This document shows positions 13,921 to 27,247 of a stretch of 64,000 nt of DNA, piece by piece. Every line of letters starts with the position of its first letter. Position 1 is the stretch's first letter. A program made the position numbers and the translations under genes. The stretch lies in assembly GCA_043228905.1 (NCBI GenBank), contig JBHGNT010000015.1, positions 7,192,001 to 7,256,000 of the forward strand, in the 5' to 3' direction. Below the pieces are notes generated by a model that was not told the origin of the DNA, searched no databases, and saw only the letters and a program-made list of their open reading frames with translations. This DNA is from Azolla caroliniana. Its lineage: Eukaryota > Plantae > Polypodiophyta.

Positions 13921-14256
13921 ATGGCCGCCTCCGCCTTCCCTAAATTCAGCCTTCTTCTCCTCCTCCTCCTATTCTTCTTCGTATTCTTTCATGTCACGCC
14001 ACTCGTGTTGTCCGGCCCACCTGACACCGGCGGCTGCTGGAACTGCGAAGGAAGTCCTGCCAGTACCGACCCCCACCACAACGAGCTCCCCCCTCCCACC
14101 CCTATCGCCCACTTCCAAGCCCAAGATGAAAATGAAGAAGAAGAAGAAGAAGAAGATTCCTCCTCCTCCTCCTCCTCCCAATTGACTTCCTTCCCACCCC
14201 ACCAGGGGCACCGCCGCCGCCACCGCCGCTTACTTACCACCACCACCACCACATAG
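13921..14256 (+). CDS. Putative small secreted protein (111 aa)
   Basis: Good start context (acgATGG). Hydrophobic signal-peptide-like N-terminus (FSLLLLLLLFFFVFF...VLS), CxxC, Pro/Glu/Ser tracts and C-terminal RRLL. Confidence 0.4.
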   Translation: MAASAFPKFSLLLLLLLFFFVFFHVTPLVLSGPPDTGGCWNCEGSPASTDPHHNELPPPTPIAHFQAQDENEEEEEEEDSSSSSSSQLTSFPPHQGHRRRHRRLLTTTTTT

Positions 14257-14274
14257 ATTGGCGTATCTCATGTC

Positions 14275-14319
14275 AAGTGTGTGTGTGTGTGTGTGTGTGT
14301 GACAGAGAGAGAGAGAGAG
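14275..14319. repeat. (GT)n(GA)n compound microsatellite
   Basis: Directly visible in the sequence. Confidence 0.9.
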
Positions 14320-14808
14320 TAGGTAAGTGAAAAGAAAGAGAAGATTGGATGGTTGGGCATGAGAGTTTGCCCGGAAGAAGCAACTCTTGTACTGGTAATT
14401 ATTAGGTTAGTCACAGTGATAGTTAACCGAAGGGGGCGGAGAGAGAGAGAGAGTAGGTTAACCGTTAAAGTAAAAAGAATACATTTAAGCTTTGGATGGA
14501 TGGGTGGGCATGCGAGCTGCCCGGAAGAAGCAGGCTACTCTTGTTGTAATGAAGACCGGTAATAATTAGGTATGTGAGAGTGACAGTTAACCACCATTCC
14601 ACTCACAAAACTCGTGCCCGTTATGTGTAGTTGCACATCCACATCCACATCCCACATCCACTGTCTATAAATAGCAATAAATAGCAGCCGCTACCATGGT
14701 CTAAACTAAATTAAAAAGACATAGAATCATCTAAAACCATATATACTTTTTACATTTAGTGAGATATATCTATAATCTATCTATCCCTCTCCCCTCTCTG
14801 TTCAATGC

Positions 14809-15555
14809 ATGATCTTATTAATCATCATGTACTTGGGTCATCAGCTCCCACTAGTGATCGGCCAACGAGATTTCTGCAGAAGATTCAGCTCCACTAGACC
14901 CAATCTTCATCGTGCACCCATACTTAACTCAACCAGGCTTACCGGCTCATATAAGAATAGACATGCATTATACCGTCAGGTAGGATCGAGCTCCACCTTC
15001 CTAAAGGAGTTGGAGGCCGGTCTCACCTGCATCCATCTCCAATTCCCAACACCTCCCCACCATGATGTGCACAGGGTAAGGGTAGCACATCTAAAAGGCC
15101 TCCAATCAGTGAATACAAGCTATACGTCGGTCAAGGCTTTGATGGAGGCCATATGGACCATTGTGAATTCATCTACTTCCATGTGTTCGGATCTTGGCCA
15201 CCTGTGCCACACGGAGAGAAGGATGGCCGATGCTGAAGCCACGCTCACGAGGGTCGCGTCAGATTTACAGTCACAAGAGCTATCGGCCGCAATGGCATCT
15301 CTTTCTCTTACTCTCACCATGCTCGTGCAACGTGTGAATGGTATCGCGAATGTCATTCACACTCTTTCTTCGGTCGTTGGAATGTTGGAAAGCCATCTCT
15401 ACCACGAGGGCCTCACCAACTTCTCCACCCATTTCTTCGCACCTCTTAGGGATGCTGGGAATTTGGGATTAAGGGAAGTGACCGAACTCACCAACACAAC
15501 CACGCGAGCATTCACGGTCACGATGATTGCTGTGTCGGAGAGGCATCACGGATGA
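14809..15555 (+). CDS. Hypothetical protein (248 aa), possibly secreted
   Basis: Uninterrupted ORF with a hydrophobic N-terminus and an upstream ctataaata TATA-like motif near 14665. No family recognised. Confidence 0.3.
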   Translation: MILLIIMYLGHQLPLVIGQRDFCRRFSSTRPNLHRAPILNSTRLTGSYKNRHALYRQVGSSSTFLKELEAGLTCIHLQFPTPPHHDVHRVRVAHLKGLQSVNTSYTSVKALMEAIWTIVNSSTSMCSDLGHLCHTERRMADAEATLTRVASDLQSQELSAAMASLSLTLTMLVQRVNGIANVIHTLSSVVGMLESHLYHEGLTNFSTHFFAPLRDAGNLGLREVTELTNTTTRAFTVTMIAVSERHHG

Positions 15556-18469
15556 ATGACTCTACCACAAGTTCAGCCATCAATGAGGCGGCATCGGTGA
15601 TCAAAGTCGAGATGCAACGAGCCCTTGACAGGGTTAGTATACACTCTTTGACATTATTCTCACATTTTACTTAAAGACTCCAGAAATTATATATATATAT
15701 ATATCTTTATTCATTATGTTTCTATGTTCAACACATATACTCAACAGTTATGAATTTGGTTTCAAGTAATTCTGTAGATGAATCTTTATCTTTACATTAG
15801 CATGTTTGTTGTCTCAGATAACATGTGTGGAACAATCGATGCAGCTGATACACAACCCAGATGTAAGCCAAGCTGTAGAAATTGGCAACCACAATCCCGA
15901 GCAGGCCGAGCAGAAATTGGTCTACACAGATTGTGAGGGTGCGTTCATCCCGAGCAGGCCATGCTCTAGATAGGCTTAGACACATGTATGCGAATTCCCA
16001 AGGATGTTATTCTATAAATGATATAGTTAATGGAGATCATGAATATTTTCTTTGTTGTGTACCCTTCCTCGACCCAGAAAACAACTACCACATTCCTCTG
16101 AAACTCCATTGTCTCTCTGCAACAAAACACTGAACATTTGAGATTTTGCACACTAAACGTAGACTTCCCAAGTTTCCAACGAGCTACAACTCACTAAATT
16201 TGGTGAATAGGGTTTAGGGTTTCAAACCGACTTAAAAACTGTTCAAACGGACATCTTGGATCTATATATTGTGTTTGAAACATGCACACACTTATGAATA
16301 TGTATACAAAAACTAGACTAGAGGGCTTTTAAGCTTAGTAAGCTTAGTATCCTCAAGAGTAATGAACACTTTTAAACTCAGACTATACTCAAAAGAAGGC
16401 TTACGAGAGTACAAACAAGATGAACTATATTAAGCTAAGTGGGTGTATTTAAACCTAAAGTATGCATTCCCAATAAGAGCCTACAAAATACACAAAAACT
16501 GAGACTAATATACCACTCTCCAATGCTTTATTTATGTAGTGCTCCAACAAAAGTTAGTGTGGAATTTAAATTCAAAAGTTACTTTCAATTCCAAGTCTCT
16601 TCTCCATTAGGAGTCCATGACAAGTAGTTGTATATTCAAGGGAAAAGTTTAGTGATGTGGCATTTTACTAAGCAATTATCGTTCACATACTTGAGCGTAC
16701 TAGTATTTCTAACAAGTTGGAGGGACTTTTATATGTTTATCGTTTTAAAAGTTATGTTCTTCATGTGTAAACACGATGATCATCTCTTTGAAGAAGCAAT
16801 TCCTATGTTAACGTTATGTGCTAACAACACAACAAAAGAATACAAAGCCATCAATTATGAGGATATAAAGACAGACTAATAGCTAGAAGAGGAACATCAA
16901 GAAAAGACAAAATAATGGTGAGTCGTAACAAAGAAGTAATGACTATCTTCCCTTTCCCTTCCGCATTCTCACTTTTGTGGGCTTATAGGGAATGGTACTG
17001 GGTAAAAGCATGCGAGTGGAAACACTATTATTGTTAATTAGCTATTTGTTTAGCTAGTTTTTTGTGGGAAAATCATAAGGATAGTTTACGAAATTTTATG
17101 TTTTATTAGTTAAATACACCCTATCCTCGAGTGCTCAACTTCGCAAAATTTTGCGAGACAAAGGAGGACTTTCACAACATATATGGTCTGTTGCTCGAGG
17201 GTATTGACCCTGCTGTTCTAACACATAGATTGATTAGTGATGTAGACTGGATGTCAGTATATAAAGTGCTTAGAGTGAAAGGCAAGGTCAAGCTCTAGCA
17301 TGTACGATCGGACCTGTACGACGACTGCATGAAACTACATGAGAAAGTACATCAAGAGATCCCGGTCAACAACGAGTTGTCTATTTCATTTGCCAGAGCT
17401 TTTGCATACGAGTATTGCAAAACAACGAAGGAATCTCGTGACCCTGAAATGTACAAGGTAGCTTGGGAAATTTATGGTAAGGCATCGGTAGAAAGATGTC
17501 AGAAGATGGGGCTTGTAACAAAAAATGGCAAGATTTTGGAGCATGGTAGTTGATGATGCAACTGCCGACTCCCAACAAACCCACAAGTATATGCCACACT
17601 GACACACAATGAAAGCCAATGTTGATAATACAGGTGAGACATTGATTAGCTATATGCTAAAAAATGTCCATGAAGCCTGTGAGACATTGGAGTTTTTTAA
17701 GACTAATTTAGGGAAAGCAACATTGGCTACTGCGATGGAGAGCAAATTCACTTCGGCAGTTACAACAATCAGAAATAAGATTCCGGTACCTATTGTTTTG
17801 CTAGTATGTAATATGTTATAAATAACTTGTACATGAAAGTGTGCTACTGAGGCATTATCTGGAACAGGTTGCTGAACATGAGCTTGAAATTGAGGGGTCA
17901 CTAGATCCCTAGCGGAAAATTCAACTCTGTCACAGATTACAATTTGGACAAGCTACAAGTAAGTTAATGATTATTGTTTCTTGTTGTTGTATCCTCCTCA
18001 TTAAGGAATAATTAATCAGTAAATTTCCCGGTTGCATTGAAGGAATAATACTCCCGTCAAGAAGAGGTAGTTAGCTGCCTTAAGAAGCAGCTACATTTTG
18101 TGGAGGGGATGGTAAGGAGCACACAAGAATTGGACCTAAACATTCTTGCTCCCTTACCAAATGAAGGAGAACCAGGAAAGGATATATTGACTATTCAAGC
18201 ACGTTGCATCGCTTGTGGATTACGTGTAGAGGACAAATTTGCTACTCTGTTGGTTCACCTACAACCATGCCAACACACATACCATATCGTTTGTTTTCAA
18301 TATGCATGTCGCATTGTTGCATTCTGTTTGGGGGATTGTAATACAGCTCTCCCAAATGAGTGGAGAAAACTAACAGGTAAAATTGTTGCTTGTGACCATA
18401 GTGTAGTTAATTAGTTCCATCTTTGCTAATTAGGTAAGCCGTATAAAGTGTAGAAACTATTTAGTTGTT

Positions 18470-19518
18470 ATGGTTGTAGTGTAGTAGCTAATTAGCTAAC
18501 ATGTCGTTAATTAGCTAAGTGGTAGCTAATTAGCTACTACCATACTCTAGTTGAGTAGCTAATTAGCTAAGTGGTAACCAATTAGCTACTACCATAGTTT
18601 AGTACAGTGGCTAATTAGCTAAGTGGTAGCTAAGTGGTAGCTAAGTAGTAGCTAATTAGCTACTACCATAGTTTAGTTGAGTAACTAAGTAGCTAAGTGG
18701 TAGCTAATTAGCTACTACCATAGTTGAATACAATCGCTAATTATCTACTACCACAGTTTAGTTGAGTAACAAATTAGCTAAGTGGTAGCTAATAAGCTAC
18801 TACCATACTTTAGCTCAATAGCTAATTAGCTACTACCATAGTTTAGTACAGTAGCTAATTAGCTAAGTGGTAGCTAATTAGCAACTACCATACTTTAGTT
18901 GAGTAGCTAATTAGTTTAGTGGCAGCTAATTAGCTACTACCATAGTTTAGTACAGTAGCTAATTAGCTACTACCATACTTCAGCTGAGTAGATAATTAGC
19001 TAAGTGGAAGCTAATTAGCTACTACCATAGTTTAGTACAATAGCTAATTAGCTAAGTGGTAGCTAATTAGCTACTACCCTAGTTTAATACAATAGCTAAT
19101 TACCTACTACCATACGTTAGTTGAGTGGTAGCTAATTACCTAAGTGATAGCTAATTAGGTACTAGCATACTTTAGTTATAGTGGCTAATTAGCTAGTACC
19201 ATACTTTAGTATAGTAGCTAATTAGCTAAATGGTAGCTAATTAGTTACTACCATAGTTTAGTACAATAGCTAATTAGCTACTACCATACTTTAGTTATAG
19301 TGGCTAATTAGTTAGTACCATACTTTAGTACATTAGCTAATTAGCTACTACCATACTTTAGCTGAGTAGCTAATTAACTAAGTGATAGCGAATTAGCTAC
19401 TACCATACTTTAGCTTAGTAGCTAATTAGCTAAGTGGTAGCTAATCAGCTACTACCATAGTTTAGTATAGAAGCTAATTAGCTACTACCATAGTTTAGTA
19501 CAATAGCTAATTAGCTAA
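18470..19518. repeat. Satellite built on the palindrome TAGCTAATTAGCTA (left part)
   Basis: Many copies of tagctaattagcta linked by agtgg or ctaccatagtttagtaca spacers. Confidence 0.95.
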
Positions 19519-22500
19519 TGTTGGGATTTCGGTCCCTCCGGATGGGATGTCCGGAGATGAATGACGGCAAGCCCGGTTGCGGTTACGGAACCGGATGATG
19601 AAGAGTACCCGGCATGAAGCCGGATGAAGAGTACCCGGATACGGATCCGGATGATGAAGACCCCGGCTACGGAGCCGGATGACGAATGTACCCGGAGAGA
19701 GATCCGGATGCGGGGACATATTTGTCAATATGTTTGCCAAGAGCCCTTGAGGCTATATTTGTAAATAGCCCGAAAGTCATATGTGTATAAATATGACTTA
19801 GGGCAAACAGTTTAGTTGTTGTTGCTCATTTTTCTGTTTTCCACGAAGAGGGAGCGAAGTGAGAGCAACCGAGAGAGAGAGACGAAGAGGTCGTTGCCTC
19901 TGTGTATTACCGCCGCCTGTGGCGAAGATAGTGAGCTCAAGGTTGTTGCCTTGTAGCTTCACCATTGTACATCTCTGTTTTAGTGATAGTTGGAGTTTGA
20001 GGACTCCCGTGGTTTTTCCCATTTAGGGTTTTCCACGTAAAACATCCAGTGTACTCTTCTCTCTATTGTCTTCATGCATTTTGTATTTCCTGTTTTCTGT
20101 GAGTAGATCCTATTCCTCGGTTGTGGCTGAGCGCTGTCTCTAACAAAGTGGTATCAGAGCGACGGTAACACAGAAAATGGAAGGCGGCGGTAGTGGGCCT
20201 CCGGGCATGATGGTGTTGAACTCACAGAACTACGCCGACTGGAAGATAAAGATGGAAGACCTTCTCATCGTCCGAGACCTGTACGAACCGATCGACAATG
20301 CCGAGATACCCAAGGGGGTAATAGAGTCGGAGTGGAAGCTCCTGAACCGGAAAGCCGTAGCGACGATCCGGCAATATGTCGATGTAAGTGTTCTGCAACA
20401 TGTGGCGAACGATACGAACGCCTATGAGATGTGGCGGAAGCTGTCAGGCCTCTACGAGAGGAAGAATGCGTTGAACCGGACCTCCCTGATGAGGAAGATA
20501 GTGAACCTCAAGTACCGGGACGGCGAGAGTATGGTGGAACACGTAAGCACGTTCATGGGATTCGTGAACCAGCTTGCGGCGATCAAGTTCCCGTTGGAGG
20601 ATGCAATGCAAGCCATCATCCTGATGTGTACATTGCCGGAAAGCTGGGAGAACTTGGTGGTGACTCTCAGCACCTCTTGCACCGAAGAAAACTTGTCCCT
20701 ACAAACGGTAAAGACAAGTATTTTGAACGAAGAAGCGCGTCGGAGAGATAAAGAACCGGCCTCCGATCCGAAGATGCTGCTTACCGAATCGGATCGGGGA
20801 AGACAACGGAACCGGAGTCTGCAAAGACGGGAGAAGTCGGGGACCCGGTCGCAGTCAAGAGGAAGGCCCACATGCTTCCACTGTGGGAAGCCGGGGCACT
20901 TCCGGAAGAATTGTCGGCATTACCGAAAAGACAACGGAGCCGACGACACCGATTCGAAGAAGTCACCGGAGCGAAACGGCGCATACCGGGGAGCCACGGA
21001 CCGGAGAGGTCCGGATCGGCGAGGGCAGGACCGGAAAGGAACGACGGCACTCGCGGCAAGTGAAGAAGAGATAATGCTCATTACCGAAGAGAGGGAGCTG
21101 AACCTTGCCGGTGAAGAGATGACCTGGGTGGTCGATTCCGGAGCGTCGTTCCACCTGACCCCGGAGAAGAAATACTTCTCATCCTACACAGCCGGTGAGC
21201 ACGGCTGTGTCCGGATGGGAAATGAAGGTACATGCCGGATTGCCGGCATAGGAGACGTGTGGCTGATGACATCAACCGGATGCAAGATGCTGCTGAAGGA
21301 TGTTCGACACGTTCCGGAGGTTCGATTGAACCTGATTTCAGCCGGGAGGCTAGACGATGAAGGCTACACGGGTAGCATCCGGAACGGTGTCATGAAGTTC
21401 AGCAAAGGGAGCCTGATAGTGGCTCGGGCCCGGAAGGTCAACACACTGTACCTGATGAATTCCCGGCTATGTCCTGAGGAGCTGAACGTGGCAGCTGACA
21501 CTGCCGGTGAGCTATGGCACAAGAGACTGTGCCACATGAGCGAGAAGGGGATGAAGAGGCTTGCCGAAGACAACCTGATACCGGTAAAGCATTTACACTT
21601 GGGGAAGTGTACCGACTGTCTGGCCGGTAAGCAAAACCGGACCTCCTTCCACTCAAGGCCACCGACGAGACGTAGCGCACCATTGGAGTTGGTGCACACT
21701 GACGTGTGTCAAGTAGAAACGAAGTCACATGGCGGAGCCCAGTACTTCGCGACATTCATTGATGACCACAGCCGGAAGCTGTGGACGGCACCGTTGAAGA
21801 CAAAGGACCAAGTGTTGTGCGTCTTCAAAGAACTCCACGCGAGAGTGGAAAGAGAATCCGGCAAGAAGCTGAAAGCGATACGAGCGGATAACGGAGGGGA
21901 ATACCGGGGGCAGTTCGCGGAGTACTGTCGCTCGAAGGGAATCCGGCTCGAGTTTACTGTGCCGAAGACGCCGGAACTGAACGGGCTGGCCGAGAGGATG
22001 AACCAGACCATAATGGAGAGGGTCCGGAGTATGCTAGCACATGCGAAATTACCCAAGGGATTTTGGGCTGAGGCAATGTCGACAGCGACATATGTGATAA
22101 ATAGATCACCCTCAGTACCCCTGGATGGAGACACGCCACAGAGAGTGTGGACCGGTAGGGAAGTATCCTACCGGCATCTGAAGGTGTTCGGATGTCTCGC
22201 ATATGTGCATGTGGCAAAGGACCGGAGAGGAAAGCTAGATCCAAAGACCCGGCCATGCATATTCCTCGGTTACGGCGACGACGAGTTCGGCTACCGAGTA
22301 TGGGACCCGGTCGACAAGAAGATATTCAGGAGTCGTGATATCATCTTCATGGAGGACAAGACACTCGCCGACTGGGAGTCGGAGAAGAAGATGAAGAGCT
22401 CCAAGTCGACCGGTGAGAATCAACTCTATGAAGAGCAGTCCCGACCGGCAAGGGACCGGTTAGCACTCGAGGATCCGGCCGAAGACGGTGAAGAAACAGA

Positions 22501-24889
22501 ACCGGCCGAGGAAGATGAAACTGATACCGGAACCGGCCCCGATCCCGAAATGGATTCGGATGAAGAGGAAACGGAGGAGCCGGTTACCGAAGCTCCGGAA
22601 CGGAGATATCCTCTAAGAGAGAGAAGGGCCCCCCGGAGATTTCCGGAACCAGAGCACGTGCTGCTAACCGACGAGGAGGAGCCGGAGAGTTTTGAAGAAG
22701 CAAAGCTTGACACCCATAGCCGCAGGTGGTTAAGTGCCATGCAGGAGGAGATGGATTCCCTGCATGAGAACCACACATATGAACTTGTGGAGTTGCCGAA
22801 AGGAAAGCGGGCGCTTCGAAACAAGTGGGTGTTCAAGCTGAAACCGGGAGATGCCGGAAACCCCCCGAGATACAAAGCCAGGATCGTGGTGAAGGGGTTC
22901 CAGCAGAAGAAGGGCGTCGACTTCGACGAGATATTTGCCCCGGTAGTGAAGATGACCTCCATCCGGACGGTGCTGAGCATAGCGGCAAGCATGGACCTCG
23001 AGGTAGAACAGATGGACGTGAAGACGACATTCCTTCACGGTGACCTCGAAGAAGAGATCTACATGCAGCAACCAGAAGGATTCGAGAAGAAAGGGAAGGA
23101 GCACCTGGTATGCCGGTTGAAGAAGAGCCTTTACGGACTGAAGCAGGCTCCCCGGCAATGGTACCGGAAGTTCGACTCTTTCATGACCGACGAAGGGTAC
23201 CACAAAACGCAGTCCGATCACTGCGTGTTTGTGAAGAAGTTCAAAGGAGGAAACTTTCTAATACTCCTCCTGTACGTGGACGACATGTTGATCGTCGGAC
23301 GGGACCAGGCCAAGATACGGATGCTGAAGAAAGCGCTTCACCGAACTTTCTCAATGAAGGACCTGGGTCCGGCGAGGCAAATACTAGGGATGCACATCAT
23401 CCGGGACCGAAAGCAGAAGCAGTTGTGGCTGTCACAGGAGAAGTACGTGACAAAGGTGCTTCACCGGTTCAACATGTCGGAAGCAAGACCGGTCGGGTCG
23501 ACTCTCCCGGCAAACTGCAGGTTATAAGGCAAGCAAAGTCCGAAGACAAAAGCTGAAAAGGAGGATATGATGAAGATACCATATGCCTCTCCCGTCGGGA
23601 GCTTGATGTACGCAATGGTGTGTACCCCACCAGACATTGGATACGCAGTCGGAGTGGTGAGCCGGTATATGAGTAATCCCGGCAAGGAGCACTGGAACGC
23701 GGTCAAATGGATACTCCGATACTTAAAGGGCACTTCGAACATGTGCCTCCGATTCGGCTCCGGTAAGCCCGAACTCGATGGATTTACCGATTCGAACATG
23801 TCGGCTGATGCGGATACCAGCCGGTCTACATTAGGGTATGTAATGACATATGCAGGGGGAGCTGTTTCGTGGCAGTCGAGGTTGCAGAAGACGGTTGCGT
23901 TGTCAACCACGGAGGCGGAGTACATGGCGGCTGTTGAAGCCGGCAAGGAAATAATTTGGATGAAGGACTTCATTAGAGAGCTCGGTATCCGGCAGGAGGA
24001 GTACCGGCTCTACTGCGATAGTCAGAGTGCCATCCACCTTGCGAAGAACGCGGCCTACCATTCCCGGACGAAACACATCCAGCGTAGATACCACTGGATC
24101 CGGGAAAGGATAGAAGATAAAGAGCTCGTACTGACGAAGGTCCACACGGACGAGAACGGGTCGGATATGTTGACCAAGGTGCTCACACCCGACAAGCTGG
24201 AAGCATGCCGGAAGAGGATCGGATTGGAGAGACATCCCATGCCGAAGTGAAGGGGGAGTTTGTTGGGATTTCGGTCCCTCCGGATGGGATGTCCGGAGAT
24301 GAATGACGGCAAGCCCGGTTGCGGTTACGGAACCGGATGATGAAGAGTACCCGGCATGAAGCCGGATGAAGAGTACCCGGATACGGATCCGGATGATGAA
24401 GACCCCGGCTACGGAGCCGGATGACGAATGTACCCGGAGAGAGATCCGGATGCGGGGACATATTTGTCAATATGTTTGCCAAGAGCCCTTGAGGCTATAT
24501 TTGTAAATAGCCCGAAAGTCATATGTGTATAAATATGACTTAGGGCAAACAGTTTAGTTGTTGTTGCTCATTTTTCTGTTTTCCACGAAGAGGGAGCGAA
24601 GTGAGAGCAGCCGAGAGAGAGAGACGAAGAGGTCGTTGCCTCTGTGTATTACCGCCGCCTGTGGCAAAGATAACTTGAGCTCAAGGTTGTTGCCTTGTAG
24701 CTTCACCATTGTACATCTCTGTTTTAGTGATAGTTGGAGTTTGAGGACTCCCGTGGTTTTTCCCATTTAGGGTTTTCCACGTAAAACATCCAGTGTACTC
24801 TTCTCTCTATTGTCTTCGTGCATTTTGTATTTCCTGTTTTCTGTGAGTAGATCCTATTCCTCGGTTGTGGCCGAGCGCTGTCTCTAACA
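19519..24889 (+). mobile_element. Full-length Ty1/copia (Tnt1/Tork-like) LTR retrotransposon
   Basis: LTRs 19519-20145 and 24261-24889 (TG...CA, only a few differences). PBS tRNA-iMet at 20149-20160, PPT aagggggag, TSD gctaa at 19514-19518 and 24890-24894. Confidence 0.98.
20177..24250 (+). CDS. Copia gag-pol with one premature TAA at 23525-23527
   Basis: CFHCGKPGHFRKNC, WVVDSGAS, HTDVC, RADNGGEY, LLYVDDM. ORF 23567-24250 (RNase H) continues in the same frame. Confidence 0.95.
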
Positions 24890-25180
24890 GCTAAGTGGTA
24901 GCTAATTAGGTACTACCATAGTTTAGTACAATAGATAATTAGGTAAGTAGTAGCTACTACCATACTTTAGTTATAGTGGCTAATTAGCTAGCACGATACT
25001 TTAGTTGAGTAGCTATTTAGTTGCTACCATATTGACAAAGAGTAGCTAATTAGCTAAGTGGTAGCTAATTAGCTAGTACCATACCTAAGTGAAGTAGTTA
25101 ATTAGCTCAGTGGTAGCTAATTAGCTACTGCCATAGTCTAGAAGAATAGCTAGTTAGCTAAGATGTAGCTAATTAGCGAC
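24890..25180. repeat. TAGCTAATTAGCTA satellite (right part)
   Basis: The same unit resumes after the copia TSD. Confidence 0.92.
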
Positions 25181-25912
25181 CATGTTGTTGTAGAATCTTG
25201 TGGTTTAAGGAGGGCACATGAGGTGTCTGGTGCTGATGACGATGCAACTGATGAGGAAATAGTTGCCAATGTGGCTGAAAGTAAGAGTCTTGCTATCACA
25301 TCTCCTTCAAATCAGCTCCACCCTATTCTTTTGGAAGATGGCATTGAATTAGGCAACGATTTGAAAAGCCATCAAATATTGGAAACAACATGTAAATCTA
25401 AGGTTCATAACAATAGTGTTTTTGAACACTTGATGGAACATATCTTCGAATCCCAAAACCTTGATTCCACCCCACTAAGCCCAACTATTGATAATGTCCA
25501 AACAGATCCCATTGTGCTGGAAAAGCTAGCGCAAGACGCGGCTGACGTGCAAGCCGTTGCTAAGGTGATGGAAAAGTTGTCGGAGGAGGACACACTTGCG
25601 CAATGGGTCAAAGAAGCAAGGCTAAATGGGCAACCGACTAGAAAAAGGCTGAAGAAGGGGCCACGATCGGGGACAAGACCAGTTACTCAGTCAAGGGGCT
25701 CTTTAATTGGAGCGAAAAATACTTATTAGTGGGATATGATTGCTATCGATTTTCCTAGGGTTTTATGAAGTTTTACTATGATCTATTTGGACAAGTAAAA
25801 CCTCAGATTGGTTGTTGCTTGATCCACATTATTTAATGGAACTCTATGATGTTTCTCCAAGATAATTATGTTCATGTTGTTTTATGATGGAAAATATTTC
25901 ATGTTCATTATG

Positions 25913-26506
25913 AACACTTTCGCATTCACAAGTGGAAGGATCACGCATAAATGGAAGGATAAGGAATATTTTGATTGCTTTTAGTACTTTTTTAAATGAT
26001 TTTACAAAACACATTGATACTTGTATCATACATGATCAAATATACTATGAAAAAGGTTAAAAATCCACTATTTTCGTGATTTAAAAATAAATAAAAAAAG
26101 AGGAATTTCAAAAAGTTACATTCCCAATTTATATCACAAACTTTACAACCAATGTTATTTTATAAGAAACGATTTTTTAGAAATCATAAGAATTCAAAAC
26201 ACATGCTTTTATATTACTCGATTTGTTACAAGTGGAATGTCGTTACACTTAATAGCCAAAAATACATTCATGATCACTCCTTTACGGAGAATCACTACTA
26301 CAACTAATATACAATGACGATTCCTCCTCGTCATCCTCGGATGTACCAATCAGTGCATTATCTTCATCATAAACCAAATGGTTTGACTCTAGATTATATG
26401 TAGTAGATCTTGTTTGCCTTCAACTCGAGCCACCTTGTAGACTTGGTAATTTTTCTTTTATTATATCTATTGTTGACTTCCTTAATCGTCCGACTTTTGT
26501 AAGCGT
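25913..26506 (-). mobile_element. Transposase-side end of a second Sola-like element (TIR plus transposase C-terminus)
   Basis: Starts aacactttcgcattcacaagtggaaggatcacgcat, a variant of the TIR. Closely matches the reverse complement of about 57147-57729. Cut by an LTR at 26507. Confidence 0.92.
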
Positions 26507-27247
26507 TGTCGTGCCTTTCGTCTCCGGATCGTTGCGTGAGTCGGGTGGGAACCACAGAGGTCTTGGACTAGGAGAAAGAAGTTCGCGAGATAAAGATTAA
26601 TTATGAGTAAATAGCAAAGAGAAAGATAAGAAACTCGTGAATCACACGAGTATACTATATTAATTGGTACTTAGGGTGTTAAGAGAGAAGTAGATGTATA
26701 AATCGTGAATCCCACGAATAATTTTTGTATTAATTAATACTTAATCCAAATAATCAACAACCCTTTATATATTTCTCTCCTCCTTATATAAGGAAGGAAG
26801 AGCTAAGCATGGCTTCATGCTTCTTTTTTTACAAAAAGTGTTCATGTCCACTAAATGTGCATGTGATGCTTTTTTATTTCCTAAGTATAGGGCTCATGCA
26901 CGCTAGATGTGCATGAGTTATTTTTAGTGTCTCGTGTTTTTTTTTTTTCTTTTTCATATATTAAAAAAATACACGATTTACCTTTTAATAAAGGTATGCA
27001 TAAATAAAGGTCTTATACGTATTAAATCTATATTTAAAACACTTAAGATAAGTTAATGTAATGGTAAGGTTGGGGTTTGTCAACGTGGAGGTGCAGAGTT
27101 TGAATCACGCCCTGCGCAGTAGTGAGTATTTCCTTTTTTTTTTTACATTTATGTCTCTTTATCCGGCTCTTCCTTGCCGGTATGCCGTTTTCTTCCTTGC
27201 CGGTATGCCGTTTTCCTCCTTGCAGGTATGCCGTTTTCCTCCTTACC
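26507..27247 (-). mobile_element. Inverted, 5'-truncated copy of the gypsy LTR at 27652-28463
   Basis: tgtcgtgcctttcg... is the reverse complement of ...cgaaaggcacgaca (ends 28463). The match continues to about 27247. Confidence 0.9.

Larger units (their letters stand above)
17110..25729 (+). pseudogene. Fragmented intron-containing gene with a RING-like Cys/His motif, probably TE-borne
   Basis: Short coding-like segments with stops. 18100-18414 encodes CIAC...PCQHTYHIVC...C...C. An acidic/basic tail is at 25223-25729. Interrupted by a satellite and a copia; joining the pieces into one gene is inference. Confidence 0.35.

Noticed and set aside
16151-16170. CACTA terminus for the RING/satellite element
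   Set aside because: Only the 5-mer matches; no partner TAGTG end, TSD or subterminal repeats were found.
23525-23527. Programmed stop-codon readthrough in the copia pol
   Set aside because: The TAA lies inside RT where the related element (59872-60816) reads Ser, so it is a simple nonsense change.
20431-24482. Many overlapping and antisense ORFs within the GC-rich retroelements (also 28700-32350 and 59000-63000)
   Set aside because: Shadow ORFs of GC-rich pol sequence with no independent motifs.
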